64,000 nucleotides of DNA from an uncultured bacterium (lineage in GTDB: Bacteria; Desulfobacterota; Deferrimicrobia; Deferrimicrobiales; Deferrimicrobiaceae). Within the stretch, counting starts at the first letter, position 1. Each line of letters begins with the position of its first letter. Of the stretch, positions 30,156-41,254 are shown piece after piece. The translations under genes and the position numbers were made by a program. Location of the stretch: positions 173,630-237,629 of the forward strand of contig CAVXQW010000007.1 of NCBI GenBank assembly GCA_963764045.1, in the 5' to 3' direction. Below the pieces are notes generated by a model. It did not search any database. It was given only the letters and a program-made list of their open reading frames with translations, and was not told where the DNA came from.

Positions 30156-31486
30156 TCCCGGGTTCGACATCGTCCTGCGCTACGTTGCGGGGAGGGGAGG
30201 GGGCGACACCGAACTGTGCGTGACGCGCACGCGGGATCGCCGGTACGAGGCGCGCGAGGGGCGTCTCGACGGGATCGCGCTCGCGGAAACCGTTGCCCTC
30301 GGGTTGCGCGTCTTTCGCGCCGGGCGGATGGGGTTCTCCTACGGGTTCCGGGGCGACGCGGCCGACCTGGCCCGGATGGTGGAAGAGGCGATCTTCTGCG
30401 CGGAGGCGTCCGACCCGGATGCCGCGTACGGCCTGCCGGACGCGGCGGGGCCGGCGACGGACCTTCCGCTGTACGACCCCTCCGTTGAAACGGTTCCGGA
30501 AGCGGAGAAGGGGGAGTTCGCCCGCATTCTCGAGGCGCAGGCCCTCGCCCGGGATCCCCGGATGAAGCGCGTGCGCACCGCCTCGCTGCGCGAGACGGTC
30601 GCCACCGTGTCGCTGTTCCATTCCCGTGGGTTCACGGCGACGCGGCGGGAGTCCCTCTGCTCGGCGCACGTGGAGACGGTGGCCGAGGAAAACGGGGAGG
30701 GACAGACCGGGTACGGGTTCGGGGTCGCCCGATCGCTGCGGGGGCTGAACGCTGCCGCGATCGCCGGGGAGGGCGCGGCCCGGGCGCTGCGGATGCTCGG
30801 GGCGGTCCGCCCGAAGACCGGGGAGTACAGGGTGGTCCTCGAAAACGGCGCGGCGGCCGAGTTGCTCGAGGTGCTGATCCCGTCGTTCCTCTCCTCGCAG
30901 GTCGTCAAGGGGAAGTCGATGTTCGCCGGAAAGGTCGGCGAAGAGGGTGGCGTCGAAGGCGGTCACGATCGAGGACGACCCGCTGGATCCCGGCGGGTCC
31001 GGAGCCGAGCCGTTCGACGCCGAGGGGACGCCGACGCGGCGGCGGGAGCTGATCGCGAAGGGGGAATTGCGCGGCTTCCTCGCGGACGCGTACTGGGGCA
31101 GGAAGATCGGGATCGGGATCGACCGGCGCCTGCCGCCGTCCGGGGCCGAAAGCGCCCCCCACGGTGGGGATCTCCAACCTGCGCATCGATCCCGGGGAGC
31201 GCATTCGCCGTCCGAACTGTTCGCGGCAGTCGGGAACGGCATCCTCCTCACGGAGTTCCTCGGGATCCACACGGCGGACCCGGTGTCGGGGGATTTCTCG
31301 GTGGGGGCGTCCGGGATCCGTATCGCGGGCGGGTCGCTGGCCGAGCCGCTCCACGGATTCGCCGTCGCGGGCAACATCCTCGGCCTGCTGGAAAAGGTCG
31401 AAGCGGCCGGTTCCGATTTCCGCTGGTTCGGGAACGTCGGCGCCCCCTCCCTGATGGTGAGCGCGATCTCCGTGGGAGGGGAGTGA
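30148..31486 (+). CDS. pmbA: TldD/PmbA-family protein (PmbA/TldE-like), frameshift near 30940
   Basis: GLRVFRAGRMGF, PFDAEGTP, HTADPVSGDFSVG, AVAGN, APSL. Confidence 0.85.
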
Positions 31487-31490
31487 CCGG

Positions 31491-32207
31491 ATGTCGAACG
31501 CGCCGCTCTTCATCTTCGATCTCGACAACACGCTCTACCCGCCGGAAGTCGCCTTGTGGCGGATCGTCGACGCGCGGATCGAGGAGTACGTCCGCAGGAA
31601 GCTCGGGACCGACCCCGAGACGGCCCACCGGATGCGGAAGGCGTTTCTCGCCGAGTTCGGTACGACGCTTCGGGGGCTGATGCACCACCACGGCGTCTCC
31701 CCCGACGACTACCTGGAGTTCGTCCACGACGTGCCGATCGAGGAGATCGTCCCCCCGCGCCCCGAGCTGCGGGAGATGCTCTCGGGCCTCCCCGGGCGGT
31801 GCGTCGTGTTCACCAACGGATCGGAAGAGTACGCCGGCCGGGTGCTCGACGCCCTGGGCGTGGCCGACATGATGGAAGGGGTTTACGGGATCGAGTTCAT
31901 GGAATACATCGCCAAGCCGTCGCCTTACCCGTACGCGAAGCTTCTGCGGGTGACGGGAGCCCGCGGCGAGGATTCCCTCTTCTGCGAGGACAGCCGGAAG
32001 AACCTGCTGCCCGCGCGCGACCTGGGGATCTTCACCGTGTGGGTGGGAGGGAACGAGAAGGAGTCTCCGGCGCACGCCGTCGTGAAAGACGTGTGCGACC
32101 TGCCGGGCGTGCTCCACGGTTTCCCCCCCATGTCCCGGTGGAACGGCGGCGCGGCCCGAGGGGCGCCCGGAAACGGCGCGTCCCGGAAAGAGAGAGGAAC
32201 GGAATGA
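31491..32207 (+). CDS. HAD-family pyrimidine 5'-nucleotidase
   Basis: FDLDNTLYP, VFTNG, AKP, EDSRKNL. Confidence 0.88.
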   Translation: MSNAPLFIFDLDNTLYPPEVALWRIVDARIEEYVRRKLGTDPETAHRMRKAFLAEFGTTLRGLMHHHGVSPDDYLEFVHDVPIEEIVPPRPELREMLSGLPGRCVVFTNGSEEYAGRVLDALGVADMMEGVYGIEFMEYIAKPSPYPYAKLLRVTGARGEDSLFCEDSRKNLLPARDLGIFTVWVGGNEKESPAHAVVKDVCDLPGVLHGFPPMSRWNGGAARGAPGNGASRKERGTE

Positions 32208-34499
32208 CGGAAGGAAAACCGAAACGAAGCTATTGGCGACGCGGACCCCGGAAGAAGAAAGGCGCGGAGGACGCGGCGGGAACCGCCGCGGCGACCCCGC
32301 CGGCAACCGAAGGGGGGGATCCGGAAGCCGGAAAGCGGCGCCGTGGCCGCCGGAACCGGGGGAGTCGTTCGCGCCGCCGCCCGCCGCCGGAGTCCGGGGA
32401 AGAGGCCTTCGTCGAAACGCCGCCCCCGGGGAGGCGGCGGCGGGAGCGCACCGGACGGGGAGCGCCCCGCCGAAGGGGCGGCGAAGGTCGCGGCGGCGGG
32501 GGAAGAAGAAGCCGGGAGACGCGCCCGCCCAGGAGCTGTCGGAAGAATCCGGCGAGACGCGGGCCCCGGTCCCGCCCCCGGCGGAGGAGCCCAAGTCGTT
32601 CGATGTCGTGGGATGGGGTGGGCTGGAGTCGCCCGCCCGGGCTCCGTTCGAGGCCCCGGCGGCCGTCGAGTCGGAGCCGGCGGATGGGGAGATGCCGCCC
32701 GCGCCGGCGGAGGCCCCACCCGGGACTGCGCGGAGCCGGTCGGAGCCGGCGGGGAGCAGGCGGAGAGCCGGGAGAACCCGGGAAGAGGCGCCGCCGCAGG
32801 CGCCGCCGCCGCCGCGGGAAAGGGAAAGGACCGGCGCAGGGCGAGGCCGGCGGCACGACCCCGACGGAGGCCGGCGACGAGGAGCCGGAGGCGGACGACG
32901 ATGGGAGCCCTGGCCGCGGGCGGCACGGAGCCCGAGGAGCCGGACGCCGACCTGGAGCCGATGAACGAGGCGGACGAGGACGAGGAAGAGTACGTCCCCG
33001 AGGAGGGGACCGGCGCGAAGAAGGTGATGCTGATCGACGGCCTCCACTCCGAGGAGAACCGGGTGGCGATCGTCGCCGAAGGGAACCTCGACTACTACGA
33101 GGTCGAGAACCAGCGCCGGAAGGCGTTCAAGGGGAACATCTACAAGGCGAAGGTCGTCAACATCGCCCACGCCATCGAGGCGGCGTTCGTCGAGTTCGGG
33201 GGCGGCCGCCACGGCTTCATGCCGCTGAACGAATATTGCGCCGGCGCCCTGATGGAGCACCTCGGGACGTGGAACGAGGGGGACAAGCGGCCTCCGCTGC
33301 GCCCCGGCATGGAGATCCTCGTCCAGGTGACGAAGGAGGAGTCCACGATCAAGGGGGCCGCGGTCACTTCCTACATCAGCATCGCCGGCCGCTACATGGT
33401 GATGATGCTCGGGATGAAGCGGTACGGCATCTCGAAGAAGATCACGGGAGAGAAGGAGCGCGAGCGGATCCGGAAGCAGATGGAGAAGCTCGAATACCCC
33501 GACCACCTCGGGTTCATCGTCCGCACGGTCGGCGCCGCCCGGCCGCTGAAGGACCTGAAGGCCGACCTCACCAACCTGCTGAAGCTGTGGGACCGCACCG
33601 TGGACGGGGCGCGGGCGAACAAGGCCCCGGCGCTGCTGTACGAAGAGCAGGACATCGTCATCCGGACGCTGCGGGACAACTACAGCGCCGACGTCACGGA
33701 AGTGCTGATGAACTCCGAGGCCGCCTACCGCAAGGCGTCCGCCTTCTTCGACGTCTACTATCCGAAGGAGAAGGGGAAGCTCAAGATGTACCGGAACAAG
33801 CGGCCCCTGTTCGGCAAGTTCAACCTCGAGGAGCAGGTGGAGCGGGGGATGCAGCGCAAGGTGCCGCTCCCCTCGGGGGGGCACATCGTCATCGACCGCT
33901 CGGAAGCGCTGTGGTCGATCGACGTCAACTCCGGCCGCTCCTCCAAGGACCGGGACATCGAGGACACCGCCTTCCGCACGAACGGGGAGGCGGCCGCGGA
34001 GGTGACCCGGCAGCTGCGCCTGCGCGACATCGGCGGCCTCATCGTCATCGACTTCATCGACATGGAGAGCAAGTCCCACAACAAGGAGGTCGAGCGGATC
34101 CTCAAGGACGGGCTGAAGCGGGACAAGGCGAAGAGCGACGTCACGTCCCTCGGGAAGTTCGGGCTGGTGGCGATCAGCCGGCAGCGGATGGGGACCTCCT
34201 TCTACGACATCCTCCTGAAAGGGTGCGATCTTTGCGGGGGGACGGGCGTCATCCCGACGCAGGACGCCGCCACGGTGCGGCTGCTGCGCCGGCTGCACGA
34301 CGAGCTTTCGAAGGAGGGAAGGGAAGCGGGCAAGGAGGTCTCCGTGCGCGTGGCCCCGGGGCTCCTCGAGACGCTGCTCAACCAGAAGCGGGACGACATC
34401 AACCGGCTCGAGAAGCTGTGCGGCGGGAAAGTGGCGTTCCACGCGGACCCCGCGCTGCTGGCGTCCTCGTTCTCCATCGAAAACGGGGCGGCGAAGTAG
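32204..34499 (+). CDS. rne: Rne/Rng-family ribonuclease with long N-terminal disordered region (several frameshifts in the GC-rich 5' part)
   Basis: GNIYKAKV, AAFVEFG, QVTKEE..KGA, DVNSG, LRLRDIGGLIVIDFIDM, CDLCGGTG. Confidence 0.88.
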
Positions 34500-34523
34500 C
34501 GTGCGGGAACGCCCGTCGGACCG

Positions 34524-34961
34524 ATGAGCGGAACCGCCGGGGGCGAGCCGTTCCGGCGCATCGCGCGGCGTTTCTTCCGCGTGGCCCTGTTCTACCTCGC
34601 CCTCGGGCTTCTCCTGGGCGCCGCGATGCTCTGGTTCGGGAACGACAACTTCCAGTTCCTCCACGGCCACATGCTGCTGGTGGGCGTGGGGCTCTTCGGC
34701 GCCTACGGCGCGGGGTTCTGGTGGATCGCCGGGCGGTCGGACGGGGAACCGCTGCCCCGCGTCTCCCCGTCCGTTGCCAATGCGCAGTTCTGGCTCGCCA
34801 ATGTCGGTCTGCCCGGCATGCTGGGCGGGTCGGTGCTGCCGGTCGGATTGGGTCTGGACCGGATCGGCGTCCTCTTCGGGTTCCTCGAAGCGGTCGCCGG
34901 ATTCCTCTTCGCGACCCTCTTAACCCGCGCCCTTAAGGCAGCAACGGCTCGCCGGGCTTGA
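34524..34961 (+). CDS. Hypothetical 4-TM membrane protein with HGH motif
   Basis: Four hydrophobic segments; FLHGHMLLVG; QFWLANVG. Confidence 0.65.
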   Translation: MSGTAGGEPFRRIARRFFRVALFYLALGLLLGAAMLWFGNDNFQFLHGHMLLVGVGLFGAYGAGFWWIAGRSDGEPLPRVSPSVANAQFWLANVGLPGMLGGSVLPVGLGLDRIGVLFGFLEAVAGFLFATLLTRALKAATARRA

Positions 34962-35703
34962 ACGCGCGGAAGCCGTACGCCCCTTCGGCCGTGAGGTAGA
35001 AGTATCGCCACTGGTCCTTCCACGACGGCAGGACCGCGACGATCTTCGTCGATCCCTCCTTGGAAAACCGGCTTAACCGCTCCTGGTGGAAGTGTCCGAG
35101 GACGACGAAGTCGATCCCCTCGCGGAAGAGGCGCAACGCGTATTCCCGGCACTCCCTCTCCGGAAAAGAACCCCTGTGCCTCCGGTTGGAACGCTTCAGG
35201 TTCCGCTCGATCCGCTCCGCCATGGGAAGGATGATCGAGGGAGGCAGGTGGGCGACCGCTTCGTTGGCGAAGCGGCTTTTCGAGATCCCCTTCCAGAACC
35301 GGTAGGTGAAATCAGCGCGGTTCACCGTGTCCCCGTGGGACAGGACCAGCCTCTTCTCCCCGACGGCCGCCCGCATCTCTCCCTCCGAAACGACGTCGAA
35401 GGTCGTTCCTTCGTGTTCCCGCTTCAGGTAAAAGTCCCGATTCCCCTCCACGTAGTACAGGCGCAGCCCCCCCCGCCGCAATTCCCGCAAATGTTCGACG
35501 ATCGGCTTCTGGAAGGCGAAGGTGAGCGCGGAGCTGCCGAACCAGAGATCGAACACGTCCCCCAGGAGGAACAGGGGGACCTTTTCCGCCGCCGCCCGGT
35601 CGGCGAGGGCGAGGAAGTTCCGGCTGTGGATGTCGTCCTGGGTCAAGTGGGCGTCCGCGAGGAAGATCGCCCGGTCCGGAGAGATCGGAAACCCTTTTTC
35701 CAT
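34933..35703 (-). CDS. lpxH: UDP-2,3-diacylglucosamine diphosphatase (metallophosphoesterase)
   Basis: DAH, GDVFDLW, GNRD, HGD, GHFH. Confidence 0.85.
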   Translation of the reverse strand: MEKGFPISPDRAIFLADAHLTQDDIHSRNFLALADRAAAEKVPLFLLGDVFDLWFGSSALTFAFQKPIVEHLRELRRGGLRLYYVEGNRDFYLKREHEGTTFDVVSEGEMRAAVGEKRLVLSHGDTVNRADFTYRFWKGISKSRFANEAVAHLPPSIILPMAERIERNLKRSNRRHRGSFPERECREYALRLFREGIDFVVLGHFHQERLSRFSKEGSTKIVAVLPSWKDQWRYFYLTAEGAYGFRAFKPGEPLLP

Positions 35704-35748
35704 AGGAGATAATAAGATAGCACAAGAGATTTCAAGGGGGGATCGGGG

Positions 35749-36937
35749 ATGACGCTGCTCTCGGGAGTCCGTGTCCTGGACCTTTCGCTCCAGCTGCCGG
35801 GGCCGTTCTGCACGATGATGATGGCGGACTACGGGGCGGACGTCGTGAAGATCGACGAGCCGGAGCCGAGGGCCCGCAACCCGTTCGCGGCCGACGATCC
35901 CGGCACCGGACCGCTCGACCGGTACCTGAACCGCGGGAAGAAGAGCGTCACCCTGAACCTGAAATCCGCCGAGGGGCAGGAGATCTTCCGGAAGATGGCG
36001 GCGACCGCCGATGTCGTCGTGGAAGGGTTCCGCCCGGGGGTGGTGAAGCGCCTCGGCGTGGATTTCGATTCGCTTTCCGCGGCAAACCCGGGGCTGGTGT
36101 ACTGCTCGATCTCCGGATACGGGCAGACGGGGCCGATGCGCGACGTCGCCGGGCACGACGTGAACTACCTCTCTTACGCCGGGGTCCTGGGACTTTCGGG
36201 ACGCCCGGAGGAGCCTCCGGCGCTGCTCCCCGTCCAGGTGGGGGATGTGTACGGCGGGTCGATGATGGCGCTCACCGGGATCCTGATGGCGCTGCTTTCC
36301 CGGCAGCGGACGGGGAAGGGGGCGTGGATCGACATCTCGATGACCGATGGTACGGTCGCGTCGCTGGCGATCCCCGCGTCCAACCTTCTCGGGGGGGGAA
36401 TCCCCCAGGAGCGGGGCTCCCTGCCGCTGGCCGGGATGCTTCCCTGCTACGACACATACCGGTGCGCGGACGGGGCGTATGTGAGCCTCGGGGGGCTGGA
36501 GCCGTGGTTCTGGAAAAAGCTCGTCACCCGCCTGGGGAAGGAAGATTTCCGCGAAAGGCAGTACGCGGTGGGGGAGTCGGCGCGAGGAGGTGCGGAGGGA
36601 TCTCCAGGCGATCTTCCTTGGAAAGACGCGGGACGAATGGATCCGCCACTTCGAGGGGGAGGACGTCTGCATCTCCCCCGTCCTTTCGCTCGACGAAGCG
36701 CTGTCCCACCCCAATACCCTCGCGCGCCGCATGGTCGTGGACGTCGGTTCCCCTCTCGGGGGGACGGAGCGGCAGCTCGGCCTTCCGATCAAGATCGCGG
36801 GGGAGGAAGGGCGCGCTCCCGGGAGGGCGCCCCGCCTCGGGGAACACGACGACCAGGTCCTCGCGGAGCTGGGGTATTCGGGTGACGAAATCGCCGACCT
36901 GCGCGCGAAGGGCGTGATCCGGAAGCGGGGGACGATC
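35749..36937 (+). CDS. CoA-transferase family III (CaiB/BaiF); frameshift near 36590, end approximate
   Basis: RVLDLS..LPGP, DYGADVVKI, LNRGKKS, EGFRPG, YCSISGYGQTGP, GHDVNY, APRLGEH. Confidence 0.9.
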
Positions 36938-38014
36938 ATGACGGACGCGAATATCCTGTCGGTCCTTCGTCCGGACGGTACGGTCGACCCGGTGCACGAT
37001 CCGGGACTGCCCGATCCGGAGATGCTGTCTCTCTACCGGCACATGGTGCTGTTGCGGGCGATCGACGAGAAGGCGATCACCCTTCAGCGCTCCGGCCGGA
37101 TCGGTTTCTTCGTCCCTTCGACCGGCCAGGAGGCGTGTTCGATCGGGGCGGGACACGCCGTGCGCGAAGGGGACTGGATCTTCCCGGCGTACCGGGACCA
37201 CGGGGTGGGGCTGATGCGGGGGTACCCGCTCGCCGCCCTGATCGGCCAGATGGTCGGGAACTCGACGGACGCGACGCGGGGGCGGCAGATGCCGAACCAT
37301 TGGTGCGACCGGTCGATCCGCCTGGTGTCGGTCTCCTCCCCGGTGGCCACGCAACTTCCCCACGCCGTCGGGGCGGCCTACGCGGCGAAGGTGCGCGGGG
37401 AGCGGGTCGCCGTCCTCACCACCTTCGGCGACGGCGGGACCTCCACGGGGGATTTCCACGCTGCGATGAACTTCACCGGGGTCTTCCGGCTGCCGGTGGT
37501 CTTTTTCTGCGAGAACAACCGGTTCGCCATCTCCTATCCGGTGGAGCACCAGACGGCCGCCGGGACGTTGGCGGAGAAGGGCCCGGCGTACGGGCTTCCC
37601 GGTGTCCGCGTCGACGGCAACGACGTGCTGGCGGTCCGCAAGGTGGTCGGAGACGCGATGGACCGCGCGCGGGCCGGGGAGGGGGGCACGCTGATCGAGG
37701 CGCTCACGTATCGAATCGGGCCGCACTCGACCTCCGACGACCCGACCGTCTACCGGTCGGAAGAGGAGGTGGCGACCTGGCGGGGGAAGGACCCGATCCG
37801 ACGGTTCGCCGCGTTCCTCAAAGGGCGGGGCCTGCTCGAGGACCCGGCCGCGGAGGAGGCGGCGATGGAGGCGAAGGAGAACGTGCGCAGGGCGGTCGAG
37901 GCGGCGGAAGGAGCGCCCCCCGTGCCGCTGTCCAGCATGTTCGAGGATGTCTACGCGGAGATCCCGTGGCACCTCGCCGAGCAGCGCGACTCCCTGCTCT
38001 CCGGGAAGGGGTGA
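36938..38014 (+). CDS. 2-oxoacid dehydrogenase E1 alpha subunit (PDH/BCKDH type)
   Basis: GQEA, YRDHG, GDGGTSTGDFHAAMN (TPP motif), ENNRFAIS, HSTSDDPTVYR. Confidence 0.92.
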   Translation: MTDANILSVLRPDGTVDPVHDPGLPDPEMLSLYRHMVLLRAIDEKAITLQRSGRIGFFVPSTGQEACSIGAGHAVREGDWIFPAYRDHGVGLMRGYPLAALIGQMVGNSTDATRGRQMPNHWCDRSIRLVSVSSPVATQLPHAVGAAYAAKVRGERVAVLTTFGDGGTSTGDFHAAMNFTGVFRLPVVFFCENNRFAISYPVEHQTAAGTLAEKGPAYGLPGVRVDGNDVLAVRKVVGDAMDRARAGEGGTLIEALTYRIGPHSTSDDPTVYRSEEEVATWRGKDPIRRFAAFLKGRGLLEDPAAEEAAMEAKENVRRAVEAAEGAPPVPLSSMFEDVYAEIPWHLAEQRDSLLSGKG

Positions 38015-38018
38015 CGCG

Positions 38019-38995
38019 ATGGCCGAAGTGACGCTCATCAAGTGCGATCCACGATGCGCATCGCGACGGAGATGGCGCGGGACCCGTCGGTATGCGTCCT
38101 CGGGGAGGACGTCGGCCGCGACGGCGGGGTCTTCCGGGCGACGGAAGGATTGCTCGGCCGGTTCGGGCCGGAGCGGGTGATCGACACGCCGCTGAACGAG
38201 GTCGGGATCGTCGGGATGGCGATCGGGATGGCGATGAACGGCCTGCGACCGGTCGCCGAGATCGAGTTCTCCGATTTCATCTACCCGGCGTTCGACCAGA
38301 TCGTCTCGGAGATGGCCAAGATGCGGTACCGCTCCGCGGGGCAGTTCACGGCGGCGGTCGTGCTGCGCGCCCCCTCCGGCGGGGGGATCCGGGGCGGGCA
38401 CTACCACTCCCAGAGCCCGGAGACGTACTACATCCACACGGCGGGACTGGTCGTGGTGATGCCGTCGACGCCGGCGGACGCGAAGGGGCTCCTCTCCTCG
38501 GCGATCCGCGGGGAAGACCCGGTGATCTTCCTCGAGCCGAAGTTGCTCTACCGGACCGTGAAGGGGGAGGTGCCGCAGGGGGAGTACCTCGTTCCGCTCG
38601 GGAAGGGGCGGATCGTCCGGCCCGGGACCGACGTAACGCTCATCACGTGGGGGGCGATGGTGCCGGTCGCCGAGAGGACGGCCGCCGCCGCCGCGTCGGA
38701 GGGGGTCGACGTCGAGATCATCGACCCGCGCACCCTGTGGCCGCTGGACATCGCGATGATCGAGGCGTCGGTCAAGCGGACGGGCCGGGCCGTCGTCCTC
38801 CACGAGGCGCCCCGGACATGCGGTTTCGGCGCGGAGATCTCCGCGCTCATCCAGGAACGGTGCTTCCTGCATCTGAAGGCGCCCGTCGCGCGCGTGACGG
38901 GGTTCGACACCCCGTTTCCCTACGCCCTCGAAAAATCGTACCTGCCGGACCCGGAGAGGACGCTGCGGGCGATTCGCGCGTCGATGTCGTTCTGA
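38019..38995 (+). CDS. 2-oxoacid dehydrogenase E1 beta subunit (frameshift near 38040)
   Basis: [49 protein letters not shown]. Confidence 0.92.
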
Positions 38996-39083
38996 TACTT
39001 GTCCTGTAAGGGACGTACCTCTTCCCGAAACGGCGTTTTGTTGTATGATCTGCGAATGTAAATTATTCCCAAGGGAGGAGCCT

Positions 39084-40381
39084 ATGAAAAAGAGGGGGAT
39101 GAACCGACGGGATTTCCTGAAGCTCACGGGGGCCGGTTCCCTGGCCGCGGCGGCGGGGGGGCTGGGCGGCGGCCTGCTCACCCCGAAGTGGGTGTGGGGG
39201 GCCACGCCCTCGGTCAAGGGGCCGATCCGGATCGGCTACCAGGCGATCCTGTCCGGCACGCTCGCCGGGTACGGGGAGTTCCACAAGATGGGCGCGGTCA
39301 TGGCCATCGAGGAGATCAACGCGAAGGGGGGGATCGCCGGGCAGAAGGTCGAGATGGAGTTCCGCGACTCGACCCGAAGCCGGACGACGCGATCAAGAAC
39401 GCCCGCTACTTCGTCGACAGCTGGGGCGCCGACTTCCTCGCCGGCATCGACTCCTCGGGGCAGGCGCTGGCGCTGGCCCCGGTCATGGCCCAGCTCGACC
39501 GGCCCATGATGGTCACCCACGCGGCCACCGAGAAGCTGACCGAGGAGTTCGTCTTCAAGAAGGGGGTCAGGCAGATCTTCCGGAACTGCATGCCCACCTA
39601 CAACGACGGGCACGCGGCGGCCTTCATCGCGAAGGACTTTCCCGCCGTGAAGTGGGCCACGGTGAGCCCCAAGTACGAATACGGCTTCACCTGCTGGAAG
39701 ATGTTCCAGGAGACGCTGACAAGGGCTGAAGCCGTCCGCCCAGTTCGTCGCCGAGTCGTTCGCCCCCTTCGGGACGACGGATTTCCGCTCCCACATCAAC
39801 ACGATCATGGACGCCAAGCCCGACGGGCTCTATTCGACCGAGTGGGCCGGGGAGCTCATCTCCTTCGTGCGAGCAGGGGAAGGAAGCGGGCCTCTTCGAC
39901 AAGGTCAAGTACGTCATGTTCCCGGTCGGGGCCGCCATGGACGTCCTCGAGGGGCTCGGGAAGGACATGCCCGACAACCTCTGGGTCTCGGCCCGGTACT
40001 ACTTCCAGTACCCGAACAACAAGGAGAACAACGACTGGGTGGCGCGCTTCCACAAGCGGTGGGGCCATTACCCGGCGTACGTCTCCGAGACGGCCTATTC
40101 CGCGATCTACGCGTACAAGGCGGCCGTGGAGAAGGCGGGGTCGAAGGACACGAAGGCGGTCATCGCCGCGCTGGAGGGGATGGAGCAGAACTAGCCCGGC
40201 GGGGCACCGGGTCTTCCGGAAAGAGGACCACCAGGCGATCTACGACGTCCCCTGGGGGAAGACGAAGTCCGACCCGAAATACCCGTTCAAGGTCATGGGG
40301 GACATGAAGGTCATCCCGGCGAAAGAGTATTTCAACCGGCCGCCGTTCGAGGGGCCGGGGACGACGCCACCGTTCAAATAA
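39084..40381 (+). CDS. Liv-type ABC substrate-binding protein with twin-arginine signal (about 4 frameshifts)
   Basis: NRRDFLK; LSGTLAGYG, EEINAKGG; segments spread over three frames; TAATG overlap with livH. Confidence 0.85.
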
Positions 40382-41247
40382 TGCAGTCGTACGTTCACGT
40401 GATCCTCGCGGGGCTGTCCAGCGGGATGTTCATCTGGCTCGTGGCCAGCGGGCTGACGCTGATCTTCGGCGTCCTCGGGGTGCTGAACTTCGCCCACGGC
40501 AGTTTCTACATGCTGGGGGCGTACTGCTCCTTCACCGTCCTCAAGTACCTGGGGGCGGGGTTCTGGGCGGGGCTCCTTCTGGGGCCCCTGGCGGTCTGCG
40601 CGGCCGGGTTCGTGGTGGAGCGGTTCTTCCTTCGCCACGTCTACCGGATCGCGCTGCCGTACCAGCTTCTGCTCACGTTCGCGTTCGTCCTGATCTTCGA
40701 CAACCTGGTGAAGATCGTCTGGGGAGGGGGGGCGCTCTCGCCCCCCTCCCTTTCCTTCCTCGGAGGGTCCGTCCCGATCCTGGGGCGGAACTTCCCGGTC
40801 TATAACCTGTTCATCATCGCCGTGGGGCCCGCGGTGGCGCTCCTCCTGTGGGCCCTGCTGGAGAAGACGTGGTACGGGCGGATCATCCGGGCGTCCTCCT
40901 CGGACCGCGAAATGGCGTCCAGCCTTGGCGTGCGGGTCCCGGCCCTCTTCACCGGCGTCTTCGTCTTCGGCACCTGGCTCGGCGCCCTGGGCGGGGGGCT
41001 GGCGGTCCCCTACGTGGGGCTGCTGACCCCCGGCATGGGGGAAACGATCATCATCGAGGCGTTCATCGTCGCCGTGATCGGGGGGCTGGGGAGCCTGAAA
41101 GGCGCGTTCGTCGGGGCCCTGGTGATCGGCGTCCTGTCCGCCTTCGGGACCCGGTTCTTCCCCTCCTTCGACATGGCCCTCACCTTCATCCTGATGGGGG
41201 GAGTCCTGCTGTGGCGGCCGCAGGGGCTCTTCGGCGCGACCCGGTGA
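40381..41247 (+). CDS. livH: Branched-chain-type ABC permease (LivH-like)
   Basis: ASGLTLIFGVLGVLNFAHG, GRIIRA, VIGGLGS. Confidence 0.92.
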   Translation: MQSYVHVILAGLSSGMFIWLVASGLTLIFGVLGVLNFAHGSFYMLGAYCSFTVLKYLGAGFWAGLLLGPLAVCAAGFVVERFFLRHVYRIALPYQLLLTFAFVLIFDNLVKIVWGGGALSPPSLSFLGGSVPILGRNFPVYNLFIIAVGPAVALLLWALLEKTWYGRIIRASSSDREMASSLGVRVPALFTGVFVFGTWLGALGGGLAVPYVGLLTPGMGETIIIEAFIVAVIGGLGSLKGAFVGALVIGVLSAFGTRFFPSFDMALTFILMGGVLLWRPQGLFGATR

Positions 41248-41254
41248 GCGGCCG

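Noticed and set aside
36590-38014. Apparent in-frame CoA-transferase/E1-alpha fusion
   Set aside because: Removing one G from the GGGGG run before 36938 gives a normal ATGA stop/start overlap. Given the indel rate this is more parsimonious, though polishing should confirm it.
31248-39217. Very long alternative-frame and antisense ORFs (1140, 1126, 897 aa and many similar across the window)
   Set aside because: They are Arg/Gly/Pro-rich shadow frames typical of high-GC coding DNA, with no motifs, and they overlap well-supported genes.
40190-40200. In-frame TAG in the SBP as possible pyrrolysine or readthrough
   Set aside because: The downstream coding continues in a different frame, so it is a single-base insertion rather than recoding.
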